NCBI GenBank assembly: GCA_963803875.1
Contig: CAWDOA010000017.1
Coordinates: 15,247 to 79,246, forward strand
DNA: 64,000 nt
DNA from: an uncultured Acidimicrobiales bacterium
Lineage (GTDB): Bacteria > Actinomycetota > Acidimicrobiia > Acidimicrobiales > SZUA-35
Direction of reading: 5' to 3'
Shown here: piece after piece, positions 9,560 to 19,777 of the stretch
Layout: every line of letters begins with the position of its first letter
Position numbering within the stretch: the first letter of the stretch is position 1
Position numbers and translations under genes: made by a program
The notes under the pieces: generated by a model
What the model saw: only the letters and a program-made list of their open reading frames with translations
Database searches by the model: none
What the model was told of the DNA's origin: nothing

Positions 9560-11422
9560 ATGAGAATCCTTATTGCCAACCGAGGCGAGATCGCTCGCCG
9601 AATAATCCGAACCGCTCACCGACTGGGCCATCAGACGGTCGCCGTCTTTGCCGATCCCGATGCGGAGGCCCCGTTTGTTCAAGAGGCCGGCCAGGCTATT
9701 CGCATCGGTCCGGCCGAACTGTCCAAGAGCTATCTGTCGACGGATCGAGTGCTTCAAGCAGCGAGGACCACGGGAGCCAACGCGGTCCATCCCGGATACG
9801 GATTCCTTTCCGAAAACGCGGATTTCGCGCGGGCGGTGGCCGCAGCCGGGCTCACCTGGATCGGCCCGCGGCCCGAGGCCGTCGAGTCGATGGGGTCCAA
9901 AATCCAGGCTCGCCGACTCGCAGCCGGGGCCGGCGTCCCCATCATTCCCGGCTTCGATACCTCTCAGGACCGTGCCGACCTTGCGGCGGCGGCGGAGCGA
10001 ATCGGCTTTCCGGTTCTGGTCAAAGCGGCCGCCGGTGGTGGTGGCAAGGGCATCCGCATCGTCCACGAGTCCTCCGGATTCGACGCCGCCCTCGATGAGG
10101 CGATCGGTGAAGCCGACCGCTCCTTCGGCGACACCGCCATGATCGTGGAGCGCTACATCCAGCGGCCCCGCCATGTCGAGGTTCAGATCGTTGGCGACAA
10201 GCACGGCAACCTGATCGATCTTGGAACGAGGGAGTGCTCGGTCCAACGCCGATACCAGAAACTTCTCGAAGAAGCGCCGGCGCCGAACCTGCCCGACGCC
10301 ACCCGCCACGGCCTTCGAGAGAGCGCCCGGCTCCTCGGTCACTCGATCGGCTACGACAGCGCAGGCACGGTGGAGTTCGTCGTCGATGACGAAACCGGCG
10401 ACTACTTTTTCTTGGAGATGAACACGCGGCTTCAGGTCGAACACCCGGTCACCGAGGCTGTCACCGGTCTCGATCTCGTGGAGCTGATGATCGGTTCAGC
10501 GGCCGGAGACCCACTTCCTCTCGCCCAGGAAGATGTACCGCACCAGGGTCATGCGATCGAAGCCCGTATCAACGCAGAAGACTCGGCGCGTGGTTTCGTG
10601 CCGCAGATCGGCACCGTTTCGATACTGCGAGTTCCCCCCGGTGTGCGGTGGGAGGCGGCGATCGAAGAAGGTTCAGAGATCTCACCCCACTACGACGCAA
10701 TGGTCGCCAAGCTCATCGTGCACGGTCCAGACCGACCCACCGCGTTGGGATCGATGGTCACCGCTCTCGACACATTGATCCTGGGTGGCGTGGTGACAAA
10801 CACCGGGTTCCATCGATGGCTCCTGGAGCAGCCGCCGGTTGTTGCTGGGCGAGTGACCACGAGGTTCCTCGACGAGACAACGATCCCGACCGAGCGGGAT
10901 GTGCCTGCCGCGGCGGAGCGTGCCGCCGGGTTGGTGCGGACCAAACGTCGATCGGTTGAGAAACTCAATCCGTGGGACTCCTTGCACAGCTTCGCACTCA
11001 CACCTCGACGTCCCGAGCGTTCAGTGCTCCTACAGGACCTCGACGGCGAAGTCCACGTTTCGAGCCCTCGGTTCGAGGCCCACGTGGTGGGTGTCGCCCA
11101 GGGCGAACACGTGGCGGTGAACGAGGCTGGTCATTCCCACTTCTTCACCGTCGTGCACCGGTCGAATCACTGGGCGCCCGAGACCGAGGAGGCCCACGGG
11201 TCCGCCGGCGCCATCGTGTCACCGTTTCCCGCGGTTGTGGCCGAGGTGCACGCCGAGCCCGGTCGAGAGGTCGCCTCCGGTGAGGTTCTTGTGGTCGTCG
11301 AGGCGATGAAAATGCTTCACTCGCTCAAGGCGGCCGGCCCGGGAACGGTTGCAGACGTGCGAGTGGCCCCGGGCGACCAAGTGGCCAGCAACCAGCTGCT
11401 CGTCACCTTCACCGAGATCTAG
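9560..11422 (+). CDS. Biotin carboxylase / biotin carrier (acyl-CoA carboxylase alpha)
   Basis: MRILIANRGEIA, HPGYGFLSEN, GGGGKGIR, EMNTRLQVEHPVTE, biotinylation motif EAMKM. Confidence 0.95.
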   Translation: MRILIANRGEIARRIIRTAHRLGHQTVAVFADPDAEAPFVQEAGQAIRIGPAELSKSYLSTDRVLQAARTTGANAVHPGYGFLSENADFARAVAAAGLTWIGPRPEAVESMGSKIQARRLAAGAGVPIIPGFDTSQDRADLAAAAERIGFPVLVKAAAGGGGKGIRIVHESSGFDAALDEAIGEADRSFGDTAMIVERYIQRPRHVEVQIVGDKHGNLIDLGTRECSVQRRYQKLLEEAPAPNLPDATRHGLRESARLLGHSIGYDSAGTVEFVVDDETGDYFFLEMNTRLQVEHPVTEAVTGLDLVELMIGSAAGDPLPLAQEDVPHQGHAIEARINAEDSARGFVPQIGTVSILRVPPGVRWEAAIEEGSEISPHYDAMVAKLIVHGPDRPTALGSMVTALDTLILGGVVTNTGFHRWLLEQPPVVAGRVTTRFLDETTIPTERDVPAAAERAAGLVRTKRRSVEKLNPWDSLHSFALTPRRPERSVLLQDLDGEVHVSSPRFEAHVVGVAQGEHVAVNEAGHSHFFTVVHRSNHWAPETEEAHGSAGAIVSPFPAVVAEVHAEPGREVASGEVLVVVEAMKMLHSLKAAGPGTVADVRVAPGDQVASNQLLVTFTEI

Positions 11423-11466
11423 TCCAATTTCAGTTGGCGTTCAGTCCACCGTGCGAAAGTGTGAGC

Positions 11467-12147
11467 GTGAGAATTCTTGTCGTCGAGGATGAACGCACGG
11501 TCGCGTCGGCTCTGCGACGAGGACTTCAGGCCGAAGGCTACGGGGTGGACATAGCCGACAACGGAGAGGACGGACTGTGGCGAGCCCAGGAGGGCAGCTA
11601 CGACGCCATCATCCTCGACGTGATGCTCCCCAAGTTGAACGGTTACAAGGTATGCCGCTCGCTGCGCGATTCCGGCAACTGGACGCCGGTTCTGATGCTC
11701 ACTGCGAAGGACGGCGAGTTCGATGTCGCCGAAGGCCTTGACACTGGGGCGGACGACTATCTCACCAAACCGTTCTCATTTGTGGTCCTCTCCGCTCGGC
11801 TGCGAGCCCTTCTCCGTCGCGGCGGAGCAGACACCGCGGAGGGATCTACGTTCCAAGCTGGTGACCTCGTGCTCGATCCCAAGCGGCATTTGTGCCAACG
11901 CGGAGACACCCCGATCGAACTCACCGCCAAGGAGTTCGCCATCCTTGCGTTCATGGTGCGGCGCGCCGGACAGATCTCCACCAAGGTCGACATTCTCGCC
12001 AATGTGTGGGACTACGACTTCGACGGCGACGCAAACATCGTCGAGGTGTACGTTCGGCGCCTCAGGAAGAAGATCGATGAACCGTTTGGAAGCCGTACGA
12101 TCACAACCGTGCGAGGTGTTGGTTACCGACTCGAACCAAATGGCTGA
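11467..12147 (+). CDS. OmpR family response regulator
   Basis: RILVVEDE, ILDVMLP, DDYLTKPF, NIVEVYVRRLRKKID, TVRGVGY. Confidence 0.95.
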   Translation: MRILVVEDERTVASALRRGLQAEGYGVDIADNGEDGLWRAQEGSYDAIILDVMLPKLNGYKVCRSLRDSGNWTPVLMLTAKDGEFDVAEGLDTGADDYLTKPFSFVVLSARLRALLRRGGADTAEGSTFQAGDLVLDPKRHLCQRGDTPIELTAKEFAILAFMVRRAGQISTKVDILANVWDYDFDGDANIVEVYVRRLRKKIDEPFGSRTITTVRGVGYRLEPNG

Positions 12148-12149
12148 CG

Positions 12150-13550
12150 ATGTCGACTGTCTGGGGTAGCTTGCGCAATCGCATCGCACTGGTGGCAACC
12201 GGGGTCACCTTGGTTCTGCTCACTCTGGTGGCTGCACTGTTGCTTGTATCCCAACAGCGGCAGCTCGACGCCGCGGTGGACTCCGCTCTGCGAGCAGAGG
12301 TAGCCGAGGTTCAACGCGATCTGGCGATCACGTTTGGCCGTTCTCTCGACGGTCGGCGGCCACGCTCCAACGTGCTCGATGCCGCTCAACTCGAACGATT
12401 CGTCCGCAACTCCTCGAACAACTTTCAGCTGGTCACACGCAACGGTGATGTCGCCCTCGCAGCTGGGCGATTCTCAGAACAGACACCAATCATCGATTCG
12501 GTCGATCTGTTCGCTCCGAACCAGGACGGAGCGTTCCAGACGGTTGTCGACTCCGATGGCAATCGGTTTCGGGTGGTGTCAGCCGACGTCGGGGCTCAGC
12601 GGGCGCTGATCGTCGGCTATTCGATGGCCGATGTCGACCAAGCTCAGCGGGCCCTGCGCCGCGCACTGGCGGTTGTGCTGCCCTCGCTGGCGGTCCTGTT
12701 GGGAATGCTCATCTGGTTCTTCGTTGGCCGTGCCCTTGCCCCCGTTGAACTGATGCGACGTGAGGTCGACGCCATCTCCGCCGAGGAACTGCACGCGCGC
12801 GTCTCGACACCTGACACCGAAGAACTGAGCGCGCTGGCGGCAACGATGAACTCGATGCTCAGTCGTCTCGAGACGTCGTCGACAAAGCAGCAGCAGTTCG
12901 TATCGGATGCATCTCACGAGTTGCGCAGCCCTCTCACCGGAATCCGCAGCCAGATGGAAGTGAACATCGCCCATCCCGATGCGCCTGGCCGGGAGGAGGC
13001 CGAACGAGACATTCTGAACGAGACCATTCGCATGCAGGCCCTGGTTGAAGATCTGTTGGCGCTGGCGCGCAGTGATCAGGGACAACAACACATCCCCATG
13101 GAGTTGCTCGACCTCGACGACGTGGTCCTGGCCGAGGTCGACCGGCAGCGACGGTCAACAACCACGTCGATCGACACGTCGGCTGTCTCCGCCAGCCAGG
13201 TCACGGGAAACGGCGACCAACTGACCCGGCTCATCCGCAACCTCCTCTCGAACGCGCTTCGGCACAGTGTTCGGCAGGTAACGGTGTCGGTCAGTCAGGC
13301 GGGTGGCAACGTTCAGTTCACGGTCGCAGATGACGGATCCGGTGTTCCCGAAGCGTTGCGGGACGGCATCTTCGAGAGATTCACACGCTCCACCGATGCC
13401 CGCGATCGGGATTCGGGTGGGAGCGGGCTCGGATTGGCCATTTGCCGAACCATTGCCGAGGGGCACGGCGGATCCATTCATCTGGAACCACCCAACCGGT
13501 TCGTCGTTACCCTCCCCACGGCCAAGATCCCTCAGCCGACCCGGGACTAG
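12150..13550 (+). CDS. HAMP sensor histidine kinase
   Basis: Two TM helices, FVSDASHELRSPL H-box, NLLSNALRH, DDGSG, GSGLGLAI. Confidence 0.95.
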   Translation: MSTVWGSLRNRIALVATGVTLVLLTLVAALLLVSQQRQLDAAVDSALRAEVAEVQRDLAITFGRSLDGRRPRSNVLDAAQLERFVRNSSNNFQLVTRNGDVALAAGRFSEQTPIIDSVDLFAPNQDGAFQTVVDSDGNRFRVVSADVGAQRALIVGYSMADVDQAQRALRRALAVVLPSLAVLLGMLIWFFVGRALAPVELMRREVDAISAEELHARVSTPDTEELSALAATMNSMLSRLETSSTKQQQFVSDASHELRSPLTGIRSQMEVNIAHPDAPGREEAERDILNETIRMQALVEDLLALARSDQGQQHIPMELLDLDDVVLAEVDRQRRSTTTSIDTSAVSASQVTGNGDQLTRLIRNLLSNALRHSVRQVTVSVSQAGGNVQFTVADDGSGVPEALRDGIFERFTRSTDARDRDSGGSGLGLAICRTIAEGHGGSIHLEPPNRFVVTLPTAKIPQPTRD

Positions 13551-14044
13551 AGGCTGGCGATTGCTGCTTCGTAGTCAGGTTCTTGAGCGATTTCGGGGAC
13601 GAGTTCGGTGTATTTCACGTGCCCATCGGCTCCGACAACGACGATTGCGCGGGCACACAGACCTTGAAGCGGACCGTCGACCAGCTGAACCCCGTAGTTC
13701 TCGGCGAACTCGGAGTCACGAAAGGTCGAGGCAGTTGCAACGTTCTCGATACCTTCGGCACCGCAGAACCTTCCCTGGGCGAAGGGGAGGTCGGCCGAAA
13801 CGTTCAACACCACGGTGTTGTCGAGGGCTGCTGCCTTCTCATTGAACGTGCGCACGCTGGTGGCACAGGTCGGGGTGTCGATGCTGGGGAAGATGCTGAT
13901 CACGACGTTCTTGCCGGCGTGATCGGCCAGTCGGACCTCGCCCAGATCGCTGCCGACCAGCGAGAATGCCGGAGCGGTTGAACCTACGGCCGGAAGGTCG
14001 CCGTTCGTGTGTGCGGGATTACCACCAAGGGTTACAGAAGCCAT
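13547..14044 (-). CDS. tpx: Thiol peroxidase Tpx
   Basis: FPSIDTPTCATSVRTFN, SADLPFAQGRFCGAEGIEN, EPDYEAA. Confidence 0.95.
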   Translation of the reverse strand: MASVTLGGNPAHTNGDLPAVGSTAPAFSLVGSDLGEVRLADHAGKNVVISIFPSIDTPTCATSVRTFNEKAAALDNTVVLNVSADLPFAQGRFCGAEGIENVATASTFRDSEFAENYGVQLVDGPLQGLCARAIVVVGADGHVKYTELVPEIAQEPDYEAAIASL

Positions 14045-14093
14045 GTAGACAGTTAATCGGCTTTTGCCGGTTTTCGGGCTACCTCATTCGGGG

Positions 14094-15726
14094 CTACTCG
14101 CCTCGTCGGCTGGCGCCGCGATTGCGGGGCAACGCCATGAACGGCCACGGGTTCGGCACTTCACCCATCGAACTCACAATCAGCGTTGGACCGTCGTGAT
14201 CGAACCCGGTGTGGAGAGCGGTTCTGAGCGAATCGAGGTCGTCGGCCCGAAGACTCTGGACACCGAAGCTCTCGCCGAAGGCCACGAAGTTCGGGTTCTC
14301 GAGCGTCGACGCAATGGTCCGGTCCGGGCCGAAACGTTCGGTTTGGATACGCTTCACATTTCCATAGGCACCGTTGTCGTGGAGCAGCAGGGTGACCGGG
14401 ATGTTGTACTGGGCTGCCGTCGCCAACTCCGAGGCCGTGAACAGGAAGCCACCGTCGCCGATCAGCCCGAGGACCTTACGATCGCCGGCACCTACCTGAG
14501 CTCCTATGGCTTGAGCCACCCCGGCGCCGAGTGTTCCGGCAGGACCGCTGGTGAGGAAGGTTCGTGGATGACGAAACTCGAAGAAGAGGTGCGCAGCAAA
14601 TCCCATCTGGGTCACGTCCTCCACGATGATGCCGTCGTCGGGCAACACATCCCTGATGAGTGACATCGTGGACGCGCTGCGGTTCGAGATGGGCGGTGTC
14701 GGCGTCGAACCGAGCCCGCCGTCGGTTGAGTTCGTCGTCGAGCTGACGTCCGCCGGTTGCGTCGCTTGGCAGTGCGTCCACGATGGCCCTCACGCCCTGG
14801 GCCGCATCAGCGTGCAACCCGATCGTGCCCAGGCCGTGACGGTCCAGTTCTGCTTGGTTGATGTTGACCTGAACGATCGTCATCTGATCGTCGGTGCCCC
14901 ATCGCAGCAGCGGGAACTCGAGCCGGGTGCCGATTCCCACCACCACGTCAGCCTCAGGCCACAGGCCGTGCCCCACCGTCAGCGGGACCCACAGCCGGTG
15001 ACGGGCATCGAGCACGCCGTGGCCCTGGCGCCGGGTGAACACAGGTGCTTCGAGCCGTTCGGCCAACTCCCGCACCTCCGTAGACGCCCCGTAGGCTCCT
15101 GCGCCGACCACGATCAACGGCCTCTCGGCCGAAGCGAGCACACTGGCGATTCGTTCCACGTGATCGCTGTCCACCGTCGGAACCGAGCGAGCGGGAGTAG
15201 GCAAAACGCCGTCGGTCTCGTGGTTCCAACAGTCCACCGGGAACTCCACCGAGACAGGCCGGGGTTCGTTGGACAGCAGCTGTTTCAATGCGAGCGACAC
15301 CTCTTCGACAGCTGTCTCGCCGCTGCGAACGTAGCCGGTGTGTTTGGTCACCTGGCCCAGCACCGCGCCCGGGTCATCGAGATCGTGCAGTACACCGGTG
15401 CCTTTGCCAGCCAGCCACGTTGGCACTGCACCGATGAGCGCCAGAACCCGACCGCCACCCCAGTAGGCGCTCGTCAGCGCAGCAGTTGTGTTGAGCATGC
15501 CCGGTCCCGGTACAACGCAGAACGCTGCTGGGTCACCAGTCACCTGCGAGTGTCCCATGGCCATGTACGCCGCACCCTGTTCGTGGCGCGTGACGATGGG
15601 CGTGATGTCACGGGCATCAACCAGGGGATTGAAGAAATCGTCGTTCTGCACGCCCGGAATGCAGTAGAGGGTGTCGACGTCGAGGGCGCGGAGTGCCCCG
15701 ATGGCGAGTTCGGCAACTGTGGTCAC
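14094..15726 (-). CDS. Thiamine pyrophosphate-dependent enzyme (acetolactate synthase-like); +1 frameshift near 14673
   Basis: N-part IPGVQND, TRHEQGAAYMA; C-part GDGGFLF...HDNGAYG TPP motif; TAGGTT 7 nt before GTG 15726. Confidence 0.85.
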
Positions 15727-15901
15727 GGAGCGCAACCTAGTTTGCATTCGCCGGGATCGGGTAGCTCAGAGGCGATCACGGTCACCTCGGCCTTTCGGCC
15801 GATGTTCCCGGGCCTCACGTGGCCTAGGTTCAACCATATGAACCGGGACCACCCCACCCAGAGCCACACCTGGTCGGCCCGAGTGTCGTAACGTCGATTC
15901 C

Positions 15902-17062
15902 GTGGTCCGCATCCCCTTCCTCTCCCCGCGGCTGGCGTGGGTCCGGCAACGTCGAAACGACCTCCGGTCGGCTTTGGCAGTGACCCAATCGGGGGCACCA
16001 CCTCGGCGGACCGACTGGGTCCTGGCTGGGCTGTTCCTCATACTCGGTGTGCTCGAGGGCCTCACCGAGATCGGGTTCCATCCCTCGGGGTGGTTCGAAG
16101 TTCTTGCGTCGATCATCGCTGCGGCAGGTGTGCCGTGGCGCCGGGTCGGTCGTCCCTACCCGCTCGTCGCGAGCGTGCTCGTGTTCTCGCTGGCTTCGGG
16201 ATTCACCGATGATGCAGAATTCGGCCTCACCGGTGGCGCCTTCCTCTCAATTGCCTTTCTGGTCTACGCCGCAGTTCGATGGCGGCCCGAGGCCGACATA
16301 CTGCTGGCCCTGCCTGTTGTCCTGATCGCTGAACCGGTCGGTGCGCTGCTGAGAACAGGAGAAGCGTCCGGCCTGATCGGCAGCTTCACGCTCTGGACGC
16401 TCGTTGCTGCGGCGGCGCTGGTCATGCGGTACCGCTTTGTTCTCCAGCTCAACAACGTAGAGCAGGCTCGTCTCACCGAACGCAATGTCCTCGCCCGGGA
16501 ACTTCACGATTCCGTAGCCCACCACGTGTCGGCGATCGCAGTCCAAGCCCAAGCCGCCCAGTACGTTGCCAGGAACGATCCGGCTGCGGCTCTTCATGCG
16601 ATGGCCGAGGTGGAGGCGACCGCCAATCGAGCGATCGACGAAATGCAGAAGATGGTCGGTGTCCTGCGGACTTCGGACGACCTCACCCGAACCGTGGCCC
16701 CCCGATCGCTGATCGCACTGAGCGATGAATCCATGCACCCCGGGGTTCAGGTCACGGGCCAATCGGACCTGTCCGCTCTGTCTCCCCCGATCGCGGCCGC
16801 AGCATTTCGCGTTGCCCAGGAGTCGGTGACCAACGCCCGCAAACACGCCAGAGATGCTTCTTTCATCAACGTCAACTGCACGATCACCGAAAACGAACTA
16901 GTGCTCCAAATCGTGAACGATGGCGTCACCGGCCAGAGAACCGAGGATGGCTACGGTTTGATCGGTATGGAGGAACGGGTTCTCGCAGTCGGTGGAAAGA
17001 TCGTGGCAGGTCCGACACCCCACAACGGCTGGAGCGTTGTGGCTCGCATCCCACAAGGTTGA
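15902..17062 (+). CDS. Membrane sensor histidine kinase (HisKA_3)
   Basis: Multiple TM helices, LARELHDSVAHHVS, QESVTNARKH, GYGLIGMEERV. Confidence 0.93.
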   Translation: MVRIPFLSPRLAWVRQRRNDLRSALAVTQSGAPPRRTDWVLAGLFLILGVLEGLTEIGFHPSGWFEVLASIIAAAGVPWRRVGRPYPLVASVLVFSLASGFTDDAEFGLTGGAFLSIAFLVYAAVRWRPEADILLALPVVLIAEPVGALLRTGEASGLIGSFTLWTLVAAAALVMRYRFVLQLNNVEQARLTERNVLARELHDSVAHHVSAIAVQAQAAQYVARNDPAAALHAMAEVEATANRAIDEMQKMVGVLRTSDDLTRTVAPRSLIALSDESMHPGVQVTGQSDLSALSPPIAAAAFRVAQESVTNARKHARDASFINVNCTITENELVLQIVNDGVTGQRTEDGYGLIGMEERVLAVGGKIVAGPTPHNGWSVVARIPQG

Positions 17063-17073
17063 TCGGTACAGCA

Positions 17074-17724
17074 ATGATCCGCGTGCTCATCGCCGACGAT
17101 CAAGAACTGGTTCGTACGGGGTTCAAGATGATCCTCGATGCAACCGACGGCATCGAGGTCGTGGGTGAAGCGGCGGACGGACGGGAGGCCGTCACGAAGG
17201 CTCTGCACCTCCAACCCGATGTATGCCTGTTCGATGTGCGGATGCCAGAGATGGACGGCATCGAGGCCACCCGCCAACTGGCCGGACCCGCTGTCGCCGA
17301 ACCATTCAGAGTTGTGATCGTCACCACCTTTGACACCGACGAGAACATCTACGGAGCACTCGAAGCGGGTGCGACAGGGTTCCTATTGAAGAACGCCGGT
17401 CCCGAATTGCTGATCGAAGCGGTTCGAGCAGCGGCCGAAGGTGATGCCCTGATCTCTCCCAGCATCACCCGCCGCTTGCTCCAACACATCGAAGCCGGCG
17501 CGGGCCTGGTGAAGCGACCCCAACCGGTGGACCCGATCACCGAACGGGAAGAAGAGGTGCTCGCCGCCGTCGCACGCGGATTGACCAACAGCGAAATCGC
17601 AGAGGAACTCTTCGTCTCGTTGGGAACGGTGAAAGCCCATATCGCCCACCTGATGGAAAAAGTCCATGCCCGTAACAGGGTGGAACTTGTCATCTGGGCC
17701 TACGAAACCAAACGGATTCGCTGA
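17074..17724 (+). CDS. NarL/LuxR family response regulator
   Basis: [30 protein letters not shown]...GLTNSEIA. Confidence 0.95.
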   Translation: MIRVLIADDQELVRTGFKMILDATDGIEVVGEAADGREAVTKALHLQPDVCLFDVRMPEMDGIEATRQLAGPAVAEPFRVVIVTTFDTDENIYGALEAGATGFLLKNAGPELLIEAVRAAAEGDALISPSITRRLLQHIEAGAGLVKRPQPVDPITEREEEVLAAVARGLTNSEIAEELFVSLGTVKAHIAHLMEKVHARNRVELVIWAYETKRIR

Positions 17725-17821
17725 CTGTTGCTCGCCGAGTCGCTGACTGTTCTGCCGACTGTGTTGCGGTCGCTGACTGTTCTGCCGGGTCGCTGACTGT
17801 TCTGCCGAGTCGCTGACTGTC
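17719..17821. repeat. Short tandem repeat, five copies of cgctgactgt core in ~20-bp units
   Basis: Cores at 17719, 17741, 17771, 17791 and 17811; unit cgctgactgttctgccgagt. Confidence 0.9.
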
Positions 17822-19347
17822 TATCCCGCCAGATCAGGGATCGGGTGATCACCCAAGGCCACGCTTATGTTCTTGGTCTCGGTGTAGAAGTCGAAGCTCC
17901 AGTCGCCGCCGTCCCGCCCGATACCGCTGGCCTTGGTACCTCCGAACGGTGTCGGCAGATGACGGACGTTCTGGCTGTTCACCCACACCATGCCCACATC
18001 GAGCGCATCGGCGACCCGGTGCGCTCGCCCGACGTCGTTGGTCCACAGATATCCGGCCAGGCCGTAGTCGATGTCATTGGCGATGTTCACCGCGTCGGTT
18101 TCGTCGTTGAACGGGATGGCAGTCAGCGCCGGTCCGAAGATCTCTTCCTGGGCGATCCTCATTTCGTTGGTCGCATTCGCGAACAGCATTGGAGCCACGA
18201 AATTGGCCGACGGCGGATCGGCCATCGCCGTTCCGCGGTGCACGGCGGCGCCCTGTTCCGACGCCGCACCGAGGTACGAGGTCACCTTCTCGGTGTGGCG
18301 AGGATGTACGAGCGGGCCGATCACCGATGCCGGGTCCAGCGGATGCCCAACCGTGATTCCCTTGATGCGTTCAGCGAGTTGAGCAACGAAGCTGTCATAG
18401 ATCGACTCCTGTATGAGAACCCGACTCGATGACGTGCAACGCTCACCGTTGAGGCTGTAGATCATGAAAGTCACGGCTCGCAGTGCTCGGTCGATATCGG
18501 CGTCATCGAAGACAATCACCGGGTTCTTGCCGCCCAGTTCGAAGTGCACCCGCTTGAGGGTTGGCGCGCCCTGAGCCTGGATCGCTGATCCGGTGCTCGA
18601 CTCACCGACGAATGCGATCGCCTTGATCGACGGGTGCTCGGTGAGTGACTTGCCGGCGGTGTGGCCCAGCCCGTGGACCACGTTGAGGACTCCCGGCGGC
18701 AGACCTGCTTCCAATGCGATCTCCGCCAGCAGGTGTGCTGTCAGGGGGCTCCACTCGGCCGGTTTGTGCACAACGGTGCAACCGGCGGCGAGCGCCGGGG
18801 CGATCTTCCATGTGCTGAGCATGAAGGGTGTATTCCACGGAGTTATCACCCCAACCGGCCCTATCGCTCGGCGGGTTGTGTAGTTCACGTGGGTCTGGGT
18901 GGGGAGGCTGTGCCCGTCGGCCACCGTCGTGGCGTGGTCGGCGAAGTAGCTGAAGTTGGCGGCACCGCGAACCGCCGCAGCCGACATGAATCGCATCGTC
19001 TGCCCCGTGTCGACACATTCGACCAGCGCTATCTGCCGCGCTCGTTCGGTGATCAGTCGAGCGACATCGCGAAGGGTCTTCCGGCGACCAACGGGCCCGA
19101 TCTCCTGCCACACACCGAATGCTTCTTCCGCCGCCTTCGCCGCCGCTGCAATGTCGGCGCTATCGCCCGCCGCCACCCGACCCAGAACAGCCTCATCCAC
19201 GGGGGAGCGGTTTGTGAACGTCTCACCCGAGACGCTCGGCACGGCCTCGCCGTTGATGAGATGCAAAAGCGGCTGATCGGCAAATCTTCCGAGGTGGGTG
19301 GAAACCTCTTCGAGGTTTTGTTCGAACGAGTAGGTGTGAGCAGGCAC
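17821..19347 (-). CDS. hpaE: 5-carboxymethyl-2-hydroxymuconate semialdehyde dehydrogenase
   Basis: ITPWNTPFMLSTWKIAPALAAG, FELGGKNP, YSLNGERCTSSSR, NSQNVRHLPTPFGG. Confidence 0.92.
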   Translation of the reverse strand: MPAHTYSFEQNLEEVSTHLGRFADQPLLHLINGEAVPSVSGETFTNRSPVDEAVLGRVAAGDSADIAAAAKAAEEAFGVWQEIGPVGRRKTLRDVARLITERARQIALVECVDTGQTMRFMSAAAVRGAANFSYFADHATTVADGHSLPTQTHVNYTTRRAIGPVGVITPWNTPFMLSTWKIAPALAAGCTVVHKPAEWSPLTAHLLAEIALEAGLPPGVLNVVHGLGHTAGKSLTEHPSIKAIAFVGESSTGSAIQAQGAPTLKRVHFELGGKNPVIVFDDADIDRALRAVTFMIYSLNGERCTSSSRVLIQESIYDSFVAQLAERIKGITVGHPLDPASVIGPLVHPRHTEKVTSYLGAASEQGAAVHRGTAMADPPSANFVAPMLFANATNEMRIAQEEIFGPALTAIPFNDETDAVNIANDIDYGLAGYLWTNDVGRAHRVADALDVGMVWVNSQNVRHLPTPFGGTKASGIGRDGGDWSFDFYTETKNISVALGDHPIPDLAG

Positions 19348-19736
19348 TAGTCCCGGCCCTTTCGGTAGTTTCGGATTTGGTTTCTATTGACGCGATTGTC
19401 GGGGTCGATCTCCTGGATCTCGCCGCTCAGGGCCAGGATCAGGTCCGGCGCGCAGGAGGTGATGAACGCCTCGATGGTGTCGAGCATCAAGTTGAGAAAG
19501 TTGTCCTTCAGCTGGGAACTTCGACCGGGACCGATGCGGGCGACGAACGAGACGAACCCATATCGTTGGTCGCCGTCAGCAATCCGGTAGTGGTCTCGGC
19601 CGACTGCCCGTGTCCGCAGGCCGTCCTCGGGCGGAAGCTCATGGGCGGATGCGACGGCGTGGACGTGATCCACCAACGCTTGGATATCGCATGCGGTTGC
19701 GACATTGCTCGAATACTCGATGGTGAGGTGAGGCAT
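19347..19736 (-). CDS. hpaF: 5-carboxymethyl-2-hydroxymuconate isomerase (tautomerase family)
   Basis: MPHLTIEYSSN with N-terminal Pro, GLRTRA, IGPGRS; hpa context. Confidence 0.85.
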   Translation of the reverse strand: MPHLTIEYSSNVATACDIQALVDHVHAVASAHELPPEDGLRTRAVGRDHYRIADGDQRYGFVSFVARIGPGRSSQLKDNFLNLMLDTIEAFITSCAPDLILALSGEIQEIDPDNRVNRNQIRNYRKGRD

Positions 19737-19739
19737 TAT

Positions 19740-19751
19740 TTCACATGTTAG
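19740..19751. promoter_or_regulatory. Candidate HpaR operator in the 41-bp divergent promoter region
   Basis: ttcACATGTtag, an imperfect TTAACATGTTAA-like dyad between hpaF and the FAH gene. Confidence 0.4.
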
Positions 19752-19777
19752 ACACTTCTTGGCTAGACTGTGCAACG

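Noticed and set aside
17719-17821. 20-bp repeats as a mini-CRISPR or iterons
   Set aside because: No unique spacers of adequate length and no rep or cas gene nearby.
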